From Puccinia triticina (Eukaryota), in the NCBI GenBank assembly GCA_026914245.1, contig CP110439.1, positions 7,006,001-7,070,000 on the forward strand: DNA of 64,000 bases, read 5' to 3'. The stretch's first letter is position 1. Each line of letters starts with the position of its first letter. Positions 1 to 13,537 of the stretch are shown piece by piece. Below the pieces are notes generated by a model. That model was not told the origin of the DNA, made no database searches, and was given only the letters and a program-made list of their open reading frames with translations. Position numbers and translations under genes: made by a program.

Positions 1-34
1 ATGGATTAGGCAGCAATGAGTTCCACCCTTGAAT

Positions 35-247
35 CAACGCTGCAACAATTACAATACATGTATTGTATTTTCATGCAGATACATTCAATTACAATAAATA
101 CGTTTTGTATTGGTTTCACCAAATGATTCCAATGATACATATGTACAGTTTTTGGAAAAAATTACGATACAGATACATTTATTTTGATATTTTTCCAATA
201 CAATACAGTGAAATACAATTACATGTATTGTACTTGTTGCACCGTTG
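35..247. mobile_element. MITE with CAACG termini and 7-bp TSD (P-superfamily-like)
   Basis: TIR caacgctgcaacaattacaatacatg (35-60) vs catgtattgtacttgttgcaccgttg (222-247); cttgaat duplicated at 28-34 and 248-254; interior rich in AATACA/TGTATT motifs. Confidence 0.8.
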
Positions 248-384
248 CTTGAATGAACGGAATCCCAATCCACACCAAGTTAGGAATCAATCTCCAAATC
301 CACAGGAAGCGCCACACACTGACCAAATACAAGCTTTTAAGGTGAATACCCCGCTTGGAAAGTTAATACCCCGTCGTCCACTTA

Positions 385-757
385 CAGCCATTCTCGAAAA
401 GCTTGCGGGCTCGAGGCCAAAAGAAGATTTTTTTTTATTTTAGCCACAGGCCTGTACAGCTTCACTGTACAGGCAGTCAAAATCCCTTCGGGCGGCTGTT
501 TGGCTCGATGATGGTGCCAGGCTGGCCACAGGGCAGGGGAGGGGGATGCGGCAAGGGTCCGATCAGTGTAAAATTGGTCCAGGATTCCAATGGTGCAACC
601 CTTGAGGCCCCAAAGTTAAAAACAAAGAAAGTAGTGATTTTCTTACAATCACATTACTGTATGCAGCCTGTCATACAGGGGCTATACAGGCTTTGAGGCT
701 GAAAATAGCAGTCCAAAATTTGGGCCTACCCAACTGCAAGCTTTTTGAGAATGGCTG
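385..757. mobile_element. Tc1/mariner-type MITE
   Basis: TIR cagccattctcgaaaagcttgc / gcaagctttttgagaatggctg, TA on both sides (383-384, 758-759). Confidence 0.8.
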
Positions 758-1219
758 TAGTAGAGATCTGGTCCACAAAAAGAACCAATGGAAGAAGTTT
801 TTGGCAATTCTTTCCCTCTCTCAAATGTGGAAAGATTAACAAATTTTTGAAGAGTTGTTCATAAAGGCCTGGGAATGTGCTTCAAAGTTCTTTTAAATTA
901 CATTGTGAACCCCAAAATTGCTTAAATAGGGCTTATACTTGTTCTCTGGTAAATCACATTTCCTGCAAGCAATGTGGCGTGTGAAGAATGTCTGGAAAAG
1001 TTAATTTTAAGACCATCTGGCTTGTGTTTTGCAAGTGCAAAGTTGCAAAATGTCTGTTTTAAAAGCCCCTTTTGGGGGCTGGACTAGAAAGTGATACTTG
1101 TAGGCATATTTTATGTATTTTTGCGGGCCATATGGTTTGTAAAATTACGGACACCCATATGATGTAAAAAAGTGGAGGATACATCATCAATGATCATATA
1201 GATCTTCTGAATAGGCTGA

Positions 1220-2439
1220 TCATTCTGCTGATGGTAATTTTAATTTCAGACGCTCTTCCTCAATTTGCTTGTTCCTTTCGCTAATTTCGTTCACCTTGCC
1301 GTCAATAGATGCGACTATCTTTTTCTTCTGATCCGAAATCCTCTTTTTGAAGCGCTCAGCCTTGCTCGCAATTCTTATTCTCCGGTTTTCTAGGGAAACA
1401 GATAGAATGTTGATGCCCGCTCGTCGTAGACCTGCAGATTTTTGATGTTTGGGTTGTAAATGTGCTTAGATCAATCTCAAAACTTTGATGAGAGGATCAT
1501 GAGAATGTTTCTTGAAACTCACCTCCGGATTCTATTACGGGTCTGGATGACGATTCAGAAGAATGTCCCGGTGGCACATTCTCTCCAAGGTGGTCAGATA
1601 CCTCTCTCGCATCTCTGAATTGAACTGTGTGAGGTGAACCTTTTTAGTATCCTATATGACACCCCGCAACGGTTTACTGACCATTTTCTTCCTCAGGCCT
1701 ATCTATAATGACAGTTTGCTTGCTGGATCCAGCCCCTTGTTTAACAAATGTTATTTCATCAGTTTGATTTGTATTGCTCCATTATATATGGATAATTAAC
1801 CGGTTGATTCACTACTAAGCTTACCGTTCTGTCCAATTGCATCTTGAGAGTGGTAACTGTCTCGGCTGGATTCTGTATCAGGCGCAACATCGGACCGCAA
1901 GAAAGTCACGTTGTTGAAAAATTGTTTTCGTTCACGTAAGGGTTGAATCACAATGTCAGTTTTTGTGACTTTTGTGTGGATCTACACCAACTGGTCTATC
2001 AAGAAGAAATCTCGCATTACTAGATGATTCACCTTCTAAATTCAACGAAGGTGATGGATGACTAGATGAAGATTCGGCAACCATGGACTTGGGTGTGGAA
2101 AATATTCCTTCCAATGAGCAAAACTTTTCGTGATATAGCCTCTACGTTCTCTACAGGGCTTACCCTGCCTCCAGGTCTTACTTGGCCTAATAATATGCAT
2201 TGGATCATAAGTCAGTATTAAAATTCAAAATGAGACAACGATCTCGGGTTGCTATCCCTTGCGCAAAGGCAGGATCGAAAGTTCAACTTACCTTGGTCCA
2301 AAACTTTTACGACTCCCTGGGCAACTCCCTCCTGCGCTTCCATTCTTTTTACGAGATGGCTTGACTGCGAAACTGGAAGCGTCAAAGCATTGTAGAAATG
2401 CAAGAGCTGAAGAGTCAATGTTATCTTGCTTAGTAACAT
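1220..2439 (-). CDS. Multi-exon secreted protein, candidate effector (paralog A)
   Basis: MLLSKITLTLQLLHFYNALTLPVSQSSHLVKR: signal-peptide-like start plus Kex2-type KR; exon 1 2439-2292 then GTAAG donor; ctgac branch point and AG at 2188-2187; last exon GLRRAGINILSVSLEN...KLPSAE stop at 1220; collinear with paralog B. Some internal boundaries uncertain. Confidence 0.75.
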
Positions 2440-4317
2440 GGCTGTGGATTGATGATTTTCTCTGTGGGCTTAAAATTGAAGCAGATGGACGAAGGATGAT
2501 GGTGCCGGCAGCTACACAAAGGGGTTATTTATAATCTCTGCCTCTATACCTGTACTGCGCTCTTTTGCATTTTTTCAGCACCCTGGCACTGCCATTCTCG
2601 AAATGTAATACCGGAGTTTCATCAACGTGAAATGAAAACGCTCTCAAGAAAATACGTTTACAAAACGCAGGCCAGTCTGGAACAAGTTACAGGGCTCTTC
2701 CCGCTCTGGTTGGTACAGTCTGATGTGCCTACCGGCCGAGGAGGAATCGTCCTTACTGCTCGCCGAGTGACTTGGCAAGGAGGGCCCCTCCTCGGCCAGC
2801 AGATACAGCCTCGTGTATCGACGGCCGAGGAGGATGCTTCATCGGCAAGCGGGTCCCAAAACTACGTCTCTCTATTGGAGGGGGGACGCCGTCCCGCAAG
2901 GACCCTCCGAATGGCAAGTTGGAAGCGGGTCGGCGAGGAGGATTCTTCTTCGGTCGGGAAATGAGGGTGCAACCGAACCCCAAACCCCGCAATGACTATT
3001 TCTCCACGACGGGTCCGGCCGTCCAAATCCTCCGAAGTTACCCTACAACCATCGAAGCTCAAGGCCGCCCAAGCCTCCCCCTCCGTTTTGGCATGCACAA
3101 GGTGCTTGAAACGCGTTTTAAGGCACAAAAAAGGGTCAAACTCGTATTCTCTAAATTAGCAATGTCATTTACTACTTGTGGTTTTGGATTAGATCAACAA
3201 AAACATCTAGCTGCCCTATAAAAACATTTCCGAGGGTTTGAGGGGATACTGGGATTAATTCCAAGTTGAATTTTCTCCCACCAAAACAGTCAAATTCCAC
3301 CCACTTTGTTGTGCTATGACACAAGTCTCCCCTGTAAGCTGTGCGTAGGTTCATTTTCAAAACCACCATCCACACTTTTGTTAACTGGCACTGATTAAAG
3401 CAGGAGACTTGTATCAATTTCTGGGAAGTCTTAACTCTGATTTGTGTCTAATTTTGCCGTAATTCCAGGTAGTGGTACATCCTCACACCCGTCCGCTGTT
3501 GCATTCGTGCACTCTGGGAGGTTGGAAATTTGCTCCCCATTTTGCATATTGCCTTTATGCACTTCTGGGAGGTTTCAATCCCACATTTTTTGATTCATCC
3601 TATGAGATGGTCTGGAGTGCAATACACCAACACTTCTGGTGCTGGGAGCTAGCTGGCTGGTCAAGTTATTGGATTTCATTATGATTGTAGAGTACAATGG
3701 TTATGTCAATTTTTTTGGTGTGAGATTTGAGGGGAAAATTTTTCCAAGGCCAAGCCTATCCTCAAATTATCTCTTGACATTCATTTTAGCCATCTCAAAG
3801 ATGTTGCAATCACTTGAGGGCTAACTGCTTTGGAAACAGGCAGCTTCCAATAGTTTCAACCATCTGCAGCAAGTTTCAAGGAGGAAGCTGGGCATGGTCA
3901 TAACCAAGATACCTCATGATAGTGTGGCGGCAAAGCTACCATGAACTTTATTTTATCCATGAAGGATGAGGCCACAAATATATTTTGTTCAAAACAAAAA
4001 AGGAAAATGAAGTTTTGCAAGGCAAAGACTGGCAAGGATATGCACAATCAGATGATAGCACTTCCCTTGAGAAATGAATGTGCACGCGTATCTAACCAAA
4101 AGTGTAATCAAAGATGCAAGACAATACTGGTCATGAGATATACCCAAGTAGGAAGAAGGAGCAAGACAAATTGAAATGAAGATTAATGGTGTAGTATGTA
4201 ATATTCAGTATGTTTAGTGTGATAAATAAGTTAAAGTGAGGATAAACACAGGTCAACATATAATTATATTGAAACCAACAATCACATATATATGCTACTG
4301 ATTCTGATGATCCTGGT

Positions 4318-5588
4318 TTATTGCTTGGGATGACCTGCACGAGTTGATTTTATCTTTTCAGCGATTCTTCCCGTTTTTCTGTCGAGAGATGCCACCACAT
4401 TTTGCCTAAAATTCCGAGCGCCCACAGCCTTGCTTGAAATTTTCTGCTTTGCGAGTGTTGCTGTGCCCGTAAAGTAATTTTTGGCTGCGTCTCTCAAACC
4501 TGTAGATGTTTGATGTTTGGATTGCAAATGTGGGTCAGTCTCGATGCTTTGGGGGGATGATGATAAGCACATCTCGTCAAGCTCACCTGTGGATCTTAAT
4601 TCGGGCGCACCGGATGGAGACTTGGAAGGATATCTCGGTGGTAGCCCATTTGAAACGTGGGCAGATACCTCTGGCGCATCTCTCGATTGAACTGTGTGAG
4701 GTAAGTCATTTATATGACTCCATCAATCCGACGCACTTTCATTTTTAATCATCCGACAATCCACTGACCCTTTGCTTTGTCAGACCTAGCTTCTATGGGA
4801 TCTTGCTTGCTGGATGCAGCCCCTTCTTTTATTTATTTATTTTTAGTTTGTCAGTTCAGGTTTTTATTCTTCATTAAGCAATGCTTTGATAAGCAGTTGA
4901 TTGACGAGACTTACTATGCCATTCAAGTGCTGGCTCATAACTGAGACTACCACCTGCGGAATCTGTATTTGGGGCATCATTGGAATCCAACGAAGTCAAG
5001 TTGTTGAAAAATTGTTTTTGTTCATATAAGGATTGGATCACAATGTCAGTATTTGTGGTTTTCGCCTGGATCTAAGGAGGAAGGGGGGAACATTGCCTAC
5101 CAGCTGCTAGTTCCTCAGAAAGATGCGGGTCCCCTTCCTTAAATGACCGGTGTCTGGAATCTATCGGAGCTGATGGATAAGATAAAGATTCAGCGGCTCC
5201 GGAGTTGGATGGAGCAAACAATTCTTTGCTGAGATTGAATGAGCAAACCTGTGTGAAACAAATCCTCTGCAGTCTCTCCAGTGCCTACTCTACCCCCAAG
5301 TTTTGCCTCGTCTAACGATACACAATCAATTACCAATTTCATTATCAAAATACCGAAGGAAAAAAAAGTGATCATCTCATATGTGTAAATAGTTATCACT
5401 TGCAAACAGATTGTCCCGGATCAACAATCCAACGTACCTTGAACACCTTGTAGGGCTTCTCTGGCTTCCTGGACAGCTTTAACCTCTTCCATTCTTTTTA
5501 CGAGATGGGTTGACTGCGAGACCGGAAGCGCTGAAGCATTATAGAAATGCAAGAGCTGAAGAGCCACTACGATTTTGGTAAGCAACAT
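4318..5588 (-). CDS. Multi-exon secreted protein, candidate effector (paralog B)
   Basis: MLLTKIVVALQLLHFYNASALPVSQSTHLVKRMEEV; exon 1 5588-5438 then GTACGT donor; shares exon motifs with paralog A (TDIVIQ..E.KQFFNN, GA.SSKQ); last exon GLRDAAKNYF...GHPKQ stop at 4318. Confidence 0.75.
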
Positions 5589-5668
5589 GGCTGTGGATGG
5601 CTATGGATGACTACAAATGGCTGTTGATGGCTATGGATGGCTGTCAATGATTATTGATGGCTATGGAT
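5589..5668. repeat. 10-bp tandem repeat (ggctrtggat-like, about 8 copies) directly upstream of paralog B ATG
   Basis: ggctgtggat ggctatggat gactacaaat ggctgttgat ggctatggat...; single copy at the same position in paralog A. Confidence 0.8.
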
Positions 5669-6833
5669 TGATGATTTCCTATATGGCTTCAAAATTCAAG
5701 CAGATGGATGAATGATGAGGATGCTGGGAAGACGAGGGCAGTTAAAGAGCGGGTTTACTTATGCTCCTTTGCAGAAGTTGTTGTATAAGGACAACTGTGT
5801 ACGCCAAGGCCATTTCCTTCGATGAGATAGGTGCTTGTGTTATCCAGAAACGAAACTTGGATTGCTCTGTATCTATATCCTGCCTCGAGATACAAAGGCC
5901 CCAGCAATCTCCTGGCTCGCACCTTTTCTCAACTCTTGTAAGCGTGTATTTTTTTCGCTGGGAGGGTATCCGTGTCTTGCCAACCGACGCGAGCAATCCG
6001 GCTGTCTTGTGTGCGCTATGATTCCGCGGTCGACACTTGTTGGTTTGGCAAGCGTCCCCTCTCCATGAAGCAGCATCGGCCTCGGATTCCTCAAGGATGC
6101 CGGCCTCGGAACCCTCAAGCCTCGTATGTGGTACAGAGGTCTTGATAAGAGACCGGCTCTCTCAGACGGTCGACCTTGTGACCCTTCAAGCGGTGTCTGC
6201 ACTGGCAGTATCTCGCTCCGCGTCGAGGGTATGCTCTCACCCGTCCTGGTATCTAATGCCATCGATGGTCCGGTCACGGTGTCTGTACTCAGAACCGACT
6301 CGAGCAGACCGGCGACATTATGTACACCGGAAGGAATATAAGCCTGTATTGCTAGTAGAGATGCTGAAAGATGCTTCGACGTGTATGTACATCAGTACAA
6401 GGCGGTGCCACTGTCGTGGCCCGAGCTGGTCGGACACTTGTGCAGCTCGGGACCAGAGCCCACGAAGCAATTGATCACGATGTTATAATCTTTCCGGTCC
6501 CTTGGACGGGGGTGAGAGTGGTCCAATGAGGCTGGTATGAATGATACTTTTGATCATCATGTTGTTGGTACCCCATTAAGTACTTAAATATGTATCGAAA
6601 GAATTGCGAGCGAGTGGAAGAGGTTTGGCTCAAGAAAGGGGGCATTTCTTCGAGGGTGGATGGATGGGCGCTCCCCCCTGGCAGCTGGACTGCGTGGGTG
6701 GTTGTTGCGCATACACGCTGGCCTGGCCTGGGTGGTGTGCCGGAGATGGTAAGCAGATAAGCAGATGTGCGTTTGGGTTTGCGGCTGGGTTTTTGTGTTT
6801 CAGCCTCCGCCTTACCCAGCAACCACCCAGAGC

Positions 6834-9800
6834 ATGGCGCGCCGACCACCGACCCGAGCCAGCAGGACCTTGAGCACCAGCCAGCACCCGGCAGGCTCGA
6901 CCAGCAGCTCCACCCTCGTCAACAACGAGCTCGACGAGATCGAGAAGCAGCAGGCCGAGTACCAGGCAACGGCGGGGCTGCACGTCTTCGAAGTCCCCGA
7001 GGGCTGCCGGCTCCAGCCTCCACCGCCCCAGCGAAAACCATCCCAGGCCACACGCGATGAGACCTTCCTGACAAACCGCATCAACTCCCCCGGCAAACAC
7101 CTCAGACCGACCGCCCTCCACCACCGCCGGGCCCACCATCCGTCCACAGAACCGGAAGACATGCTCAGCAACACCAACAGGCGCGATCTCAACACTCTCA
7201 GCTCCGACGAGCACAGCAACAACAAGCACGAGCAGGAGCCGGAAGAAGAAGAAGATGATGATGAGGAGGAGGAGGACCAGCACGACGAGACCTTCGTGGT
7301 TGATCTGCAGGACGGGACCAGGAAGATGGGCGCCCTCTTCGACAGCGTCCAGGAGAGCTTCCACAAATCAGTCACCCCAAGCATCCAGAACATCCCCGAA
7401 GAACCGCCCTCTCATCAGCGCGACGACTATCCTGCTCGGATGGCCCGCCAGATCGAGCCCACCCCCAAACAACGGCCCCCATTCGCTCATCTCCGCGGGA
7501 AGGTCGACCTGTCCAGCAAGCCAGCCCAGGAGACGCGTCAGGCTTCTTCTTCGCACGCCTGGCTTGACAACAGTATGTCCCTTCTCTCCCCCAAAAAAAA
7601 GAAACCCTAATCTCAACACTCCATAACCCGCGTGTCTGCTGCAGTAGATCGCGTCACCAACCAGTCCGCAAACGTCACCACTCGCTCCCAGATCCCGTCC
7701 AAATACCTACCTGCCCACCGCGCCCACGCACCCGCGTATCCCTCCAGCAAGTCCGCCAGCTCGAGCGCCCAGAACGTCCCCCCCAAGACGGCCAATGGCC
7801 CGGCGATCAACAAGGATGGCTGGCGACTGGGACCGATGACGACCACCGGAAAGTCGCCCTCGGACACCGAAAGTCCCGAAGACACCTTCCACCCCCCCAC
7901 CTCTGTGCCCCTCGACCCCGCACAGAAACCCCTCTTCCGCGGCGCCTCTGAATACCATAACAAGAAAGTCACATTCTCTCAGGTCCTGGCCGATAACAAC
8001 TCCCTGCTCGCCTCCGGGAGCGTGCTGGTAAGCTTCCTCGATCCCTCAACCCCTCTCCTTTCCTCCGTTCTTTCTCCCTCCCACATGCTCGGCGTTGCCC
8101 ACACAGTACTAGTACTTGCGTGCGAAAAATGCTTAAGTATTTGCCACTGGTCCTTTGTCGGCACGCCAGTGATACTCCCGCGTCCCATGCTCAACCCCCG
8201 CCTGCTTCCGTTCCCCAACAGCAGCAGCATCAGTCTCGCGCAGATCCTCCGGAGCGCTCGTCGGACACGACGACCGAGGACGACGACCGGCCCCACCAGC
8301 AGCGCGACCGGACAGAGCAGACTTTTGTTCGCGCGGACGAGCCCGGCCAGACCACCCTTGCCACGCCCAAGATCACCGGCTTCTATCCCAGCACGCCGGC
8401 GACCCTGCGTCCCCAGGCTAGGCTCGGGGCCGGCGAGGACGCGTCAAGACTCGAGAAGCTCAAGAGCCTCAAGAACGTGCCTTCCCGGGCCCGGCTGAAG
8501 CGCGTCTCCAGCGCGCTCGACGACGAGCCCGGCCATCTCCCCCCCTCTTCAGCCAGCCTCACCTCCAAGCACCATCCGGGGACGACTCGGACGGGCAAGG
8601 GAAAGGAGAAGCAGGTCGACGCCGACGCCGACGCGGAGCCGCTCTTCGGCGCCGATCCTTCCCAGCCAGCCCCGGCCGACCCCGCCCCAGCCGCGCAGCC
8701 AGCCGAGAACTACGACCAGACCGTCCTCAACACCGACCTCACCCTCGCCTTCCAAACACCCCATCCCCCCGGCTGGTTCGTCCCCGACCCCAGCGGCTCC
8801 ACGGACCGTCCCCCGCCAACCAAACCCATCCGGCGCCCTCCCAGCGCCGCCAAACTGCGCAAAACCGCCGCCTCTTCCTCTTCCCACCCCTTCTCCTCGG
8901 CCGGTGACCGCGTCATCTTCCCCTCCAATGCGCGGCCGCCCGTCGTCGACGATGGGACCCCCAGACCGCGCGACGTCGACGAGGGCCCGCGCGAAGACCC
9001 TGCCTTCTCGTCGCCCAGCTTCGACGGCTTCGCGCCCCAACAGCGCCGCCCACTCACCAGCACACCCGCGCCCCCTCCCAAACCCCTTCCTCGTCCGCCA
9101 CCGCCTCCCGGACCGGTGAAGACGCTGAAGGACTTGGCCGCGACGGTCATCGAGTTCATCGTCGACAAGAAGCCCCTCGACGTCCTCGCCACCACGTCCG
9201 TCTCCCCTCCCGTCTCCCCTTCCCATCGTTCTAGTGGCTGATTGTCTGGCTTGGGTTTCTGCAGGTTCTCGCGGACGAGTCAGGACCAGCTGGCCCAGAA
9301 GAGCCTCGTCCAGAGCCGCAAGCAGGACATGCGCGCCAAAGAGAGCGGCCAGAAGGAGCTCGAGACGTTGCTCCTGTCGTCCCAGAAGGTCGAGGACGAG
9401 CGGCGCCGGATCCAGGCCAAGCTTGACGCCCTGCAGGCCGCCAACGGGCCCGGGCGCAGCTCGTTCCTCGCCTCCCTGGTCCCCGCTTCCCTCTTCTCCA
9501 GTCTGCCCCGGAAGAGGGGCCCGGCAGGCCGCAGCGGGCGCTGGAAAGTCGTGCTTGTGGGGCTCGTCGTGCAGACGCTGCTCATCTGGATGGCCCTCCA
9601 GTCAGTACTCCTCTCTTTTCCCCCCGCCTGAAGATGCACACTGACCGGCGGGTTTCGCTGGGCCCCAGTTTGTCGACCGTGCGTAGCTACAACCGGATCC
9701 TGGACGCTTCCGCCAGCGCCCCGTCCGCGTCGTCGGCGTCGTCGACGGCCATGGGGGGAGCGCCGGGGATGAAGGTGCCGGGCAGTCTGGCCTACATGAG

Positions 9801-10263
9801 TCGCGACCGCCTCGCCCGCGTCCTCTCCGCCCACCAGCGTGGCCCGTCTACGGCGCTTCGGGCTCCGGAGGCCGCCGGCGTCCGCGAGGGCGTCGCCGAG
9901 CTCGCGCGCTTCTTCGTCGACTGGCTCGCCGGCTTCGGCCGCTTCTTCCATCCCTGTGCGCGCCTCCTTCCCCCGCCCCCCCTCCTCCCTCTCCCCCCTC
10001 CCCCTCCACCGCCCCCTGTCCACTCCCGCCCGCTCAATACAGCCGCCCGCTGGCTCCTCCACGTCTCCCGTCTGCGCCCGCTCCTCGCCTTCTTCCGCTG
10101 CGTCGACCCGCCCGCCCCGCCCGCGTCCCCGCCCGAGCCCCCAACGATCCCCTCCAACCGCACCCTCGTCTCCTCTGCCGCACCCTTTGACACCCTCGGA
10201 ACCGACCATTCCCGCGCAATCTTGGACTTCTACCACCAGTTCTTCCCCTTCGTTCCCACTTGA
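6834..10263 (+). CDS. Multi-exon Pro/Ser-rich protein with coiled coil, one TM segment and C-terminal FVPT
   Basis: GC-rich ORFs 6765-7610, 7632-, 8120-9241, 9242-9631, 9634-10263 linked by GT-AG introns (7573 gtatgt..tgcag; gtaagc near 8027; gtccgt..ctgcag to 9264; 9601 gtcagt..ctgac..cag); coiled coil ELETLLLSSQKVEDERRRIQAKLDAL; TM VVLVGLVVQTLLIWMAL. Exon 2/3 junction unresolved. Confidence 0.75.
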
Positions 10264-10833
10264 ACTCCCCCTTTCACATATTTGTACCCCCCCCATCCCC
10301 GCTTCTTTTGATGTATCTCTCTGTGTGTGTATACGTACTCCCGACAAGATTATATAGTGGTTTCACGTCGTCGGCTTCTTTCTTGGTTTCACCCCTCTCT
10401 CTGCCACGGCTTGTTTCTTCTAGAGCACTACCCTTGATTGGATCCAGATCCGCACACACATATCCGCAATACATTCGATGTTCCATGGCGGCGCGTTGCC
10501 GAGGATCGTCACCGGCCTAGCATAAGACCTGTGTGTCTCTCATCTTCCGTCTCGCGGCGCCTGGATGGAAGGCAAGTTTGTATTTTTTGGGGGTGCGTGG
10601 GTTTCCTGGGCAACGATCGCGCAGGGAAGATCGGCGAACTGTGGCGAGTTCTGTGCACATTTCTCCATTGCCTCTGCCTAACCGCGCTGTCCAAAATTGC
10701 ACAGGATTCCTGCACGTCTGCTATTTCGCCTTGGACATCTCAGCGTCCACGAAACTTACTGCTAGACTGTGCTAGACTGCAGAACCTTGTTTGCACGCAC
10801 AAATAGGCATCTGACCTCCATGAAACACAGGTT

Positions 10834-10973
10834 ACTCCCCGTCACTCTGGAACCCTATATTTTCCCAGATTTTGCAGGCAAATCTACATAGGCAAGTCTG
10901 GCCATTCGGACAATGGAGCCCAGGCTTCCCTGCAAAATCTGCAAAAATCTGAGTTCCCAGGTTGACAGGAAGT
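10834..10973. mobile_element. Small degenerate MITE
   Basis: about 40-bp imperfect TIR cccgtcactctggaacc...agattttgcagg / cctgcaaaatct...gttcccaggttgacagg; no clear TSD. Confidence 0.5.
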
Positions 10974-11197
10974 CCTGCATTTGACAGACCCTCTAAAGAA
11001 GGTTTTATATTCTCATGGCATATGCGGTGATGACTCTTTATGTGTTAACTTGGGATCCTCAAAGTAATTTTAGTTGAGCATGCCCCAAGCACTCTCCCAG
11101 CGGTGCACACAACTGCATCAAACAAAGAAAGAAGTTGGAGAGATGATAGCTCTGGTGTGTGATTGCAAGACAAGCTGTGCTTCTGCGGCTCCAGAAA

Positions 11198-11532
11198 CAA
11201 CAATGGGAAGTTACTTCTGTGATGTTATCCAGAGGGATCTTTGTACCATCACTTCCTAACCAGATAAGGTGTTCTATCTGGTAAAATAGGACAATTGGGT
11301 AACATAACAGAGGGGGCTTTCCCCCTTGCTACATGAAAAATAACACAGATATTATCTGGTGCCATACATTATATCCTGCTAAAATTGGGGAGATAACACA
11401 AGATAAGAGAGAGAAAAAAAGGAACAGAAAATGTAACAGAAGCATTTTTGCCGTTATTTTAACAAAGCCAACACCAATTCTGGTATGTTTCTGTTATGTT
11501 ACTGTTACTGCTAACATAACTTAACATTGTTG
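11198..11532. mobile_element. MITE with CAACAATG termini and 7-bp TSD (P-like)
   Basis: caacaatg...cattgttg; flanks ccagaaa (11191-11197) and ccagaac (11533-11539); interior rich in GTTA/TAAC motifs. Confidence 0.6.
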
Positions 11533-11858
11533 CCAGAACTGACCTCATGTGTCTGAGTAGAGGATCAACTTGATTCAATTGCCTGTTTGCTCATTCACAT
11601 GGATTTTTTTTCAAAATTACATGACTAATTCTTTGAATGATGTCACACTACAAGAAAAACTTGGGAAACTGCCAGCAGTTGCCATAAGGCATACTCCAGT
11701 GTAACTGCCATTGTAACTCCACATAATTACATTGCACCCTTTCATGCACAGTCACGGTGCAATGTGCCCAGCAACTGCGCATTCAACCTTGGTTGAAATA
11801 AGCTTTGAGAAAGGCTTGAGTATCACCTCAAGCTTCCTTTCAGCTTCTGCATCTTAAC

Positions 11859-13537
11859 TAGAGATGGCCCCTGTGAACCCGGGTACCCGCCAGCTTTTTT
11901 GCCAAAAGATTGACACCCGCACCCGCAACCGCACCGCCTGGGGCAGTCAGAGCGGGTACCGGCGGGTACCTGCCCCTTCAAATCAACCGGAAGGATTCCT
12001 TCCAGTGAAAGAGTTTACAAAACCTCTTTGACCGGAGGGATTCCTTCTGGTCAAAGGGTTCTGTAGCCTCTTTGACTGGAAAGAATCCTTCCGGTCGAAG
12101 AGGTTTTGTAACCTCTTCAACTGGAAGGAATCCTTCTGGTCAAAGAGGTTTTGTAACCTCTTCAACTGGAAGGAATCCTTCTGGTCAAAGAGTGTAACCT
12201 CTTTGACTGGAAGGAATCCTTCTGGCCAAAGGGGTTACAGAACCTCTTTGATTAGAAGGCCTTTCCAGTTGAAGAGGTTACAAAACCTCTTTGACTGGAA
12301 GGAATCCTTCCTCTCAAAGAGGTTTTGTAACCTCTTTGACTGGAAGGCCTTCAAAGAAGTTTTGTGACCTCTTCAACTGGAAGGATTCCCTTCCAGTCAA
12401 AGAGGTTTTGTAACCTCTTCAACTGGAAGGATTCTCTTCCAGTCAAAGAGGTTTTGTAACCTCTTCAACTGGAAGGATTCCCTTCCAGTCAAAGAGGTTT
12501 TGTAACCTCTTCAACTGGAGGGAATCCTTCCGCTCAAAGAGGTTTTGTAACCTCTTTGACTGGAAGGCCTTCAAAGAAGTTTTGTGACCTCTTCAACTGG
12601 AAGGATTCCCTTCCAGTCAAAGAGGTTTTGTAACCTCTTCAACTGGAAGGATTCCCTTCCAGTCAAAGAGGTTTTGTAACCTCTTCAACTGGAAGGATTC
12701 CCTTCCAGTCAAAGAGGTTTTGTAACCTCTTCAACTGGAAGGATTCCCTTCCAGTCAAAGAGGTTTTGTAACCTCTTCAGCTGGAAGGATTCCCTTCCAG
12801 TCAAAGAGGTTTTGTAACCTCTTCAGCTGGAAGGATTCCCTTCCAGTCAAAGAGGTTTTGTAACCTCTTCAGCTGGAAGGATTCCCTTCCAGTCAAAGAG
12901 GTTTTGTAACCTCTTCAACTGGAAGGATTCTCTTCCAGTCAAAGAGGTTTTGTAACCTCTTCAACTGGAAGGATTCTCTTCCAGTCAAAGAGGTTTTGTA
13001 ACCTCTTCAACTGGAAGGATTCCCTTCCAGTCAAAGAGGTTTTGTAACCTCTTCAGCTGGAAGGATTCCATTCCAGTCAAAGGGGTTTTGTAACCTCTTC
13101 AACTGGAAGGATTCCCTTCCAGTCAAAGGTGTTTTGTAACCTCTTCAACTGGAAGGATTCCCTTCCAGTCAAAGGTGTTTTGTAACCTCTTCAACTGGAA
13201 GGAATCCTTCTGGTCAAAGAGGTTTTGTAACCTCTTCAACTGGAAGGCCTTCCTTCCAGTTGGGTCAAATAGGTTCTGTAACCCCTTTGACCAGAAGGAT
13301 TCCTTCCAGTCGAAGAGGTTACAAAACCTCTTCAACCGGAAGGAAGGCCTTCCCAGTACTTCTGGCCATTGTGGTAGCCGCCACCTGCCCAAACAAGAGC
13401 AGGTACCCGCTAGAATACCTGGGTACCCACTTGATTTCTCCCAGAAATCCAGCATCCGCACCCAAACATGCACACGCTGGCGGGTACCCACCAGCGGATA
13501 GCAGGTACCCGCAACGGGTTCGTCGGGGCCATCTCTA
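11859..13537. mobile_element. Non-autonomous hAT element containing a 46-bp palindromic array
   Basis: 23-bp TIR tagagatggcccc..gaacccg; 8-bp TSD atcttaac (11851-11858) / atctcaac (13538-13545); subterminal GGTACCCG motifs. Confidence 0.9.
11985..13350. repeat. 46-bp double-hairpin tandem array 1 (about 29 units)
   Basis: unit aactggaagg-attc-ccttccagtc-aaagaggtt-ttgt-aacctcttc. Confidence 0.95.

Noticed and set aside
6630..10347. Long antisense ORFs over the Pro-rich gene
   Set aside because: Expected shadows of GC-rich coding sequence; splice signals support the plus strand
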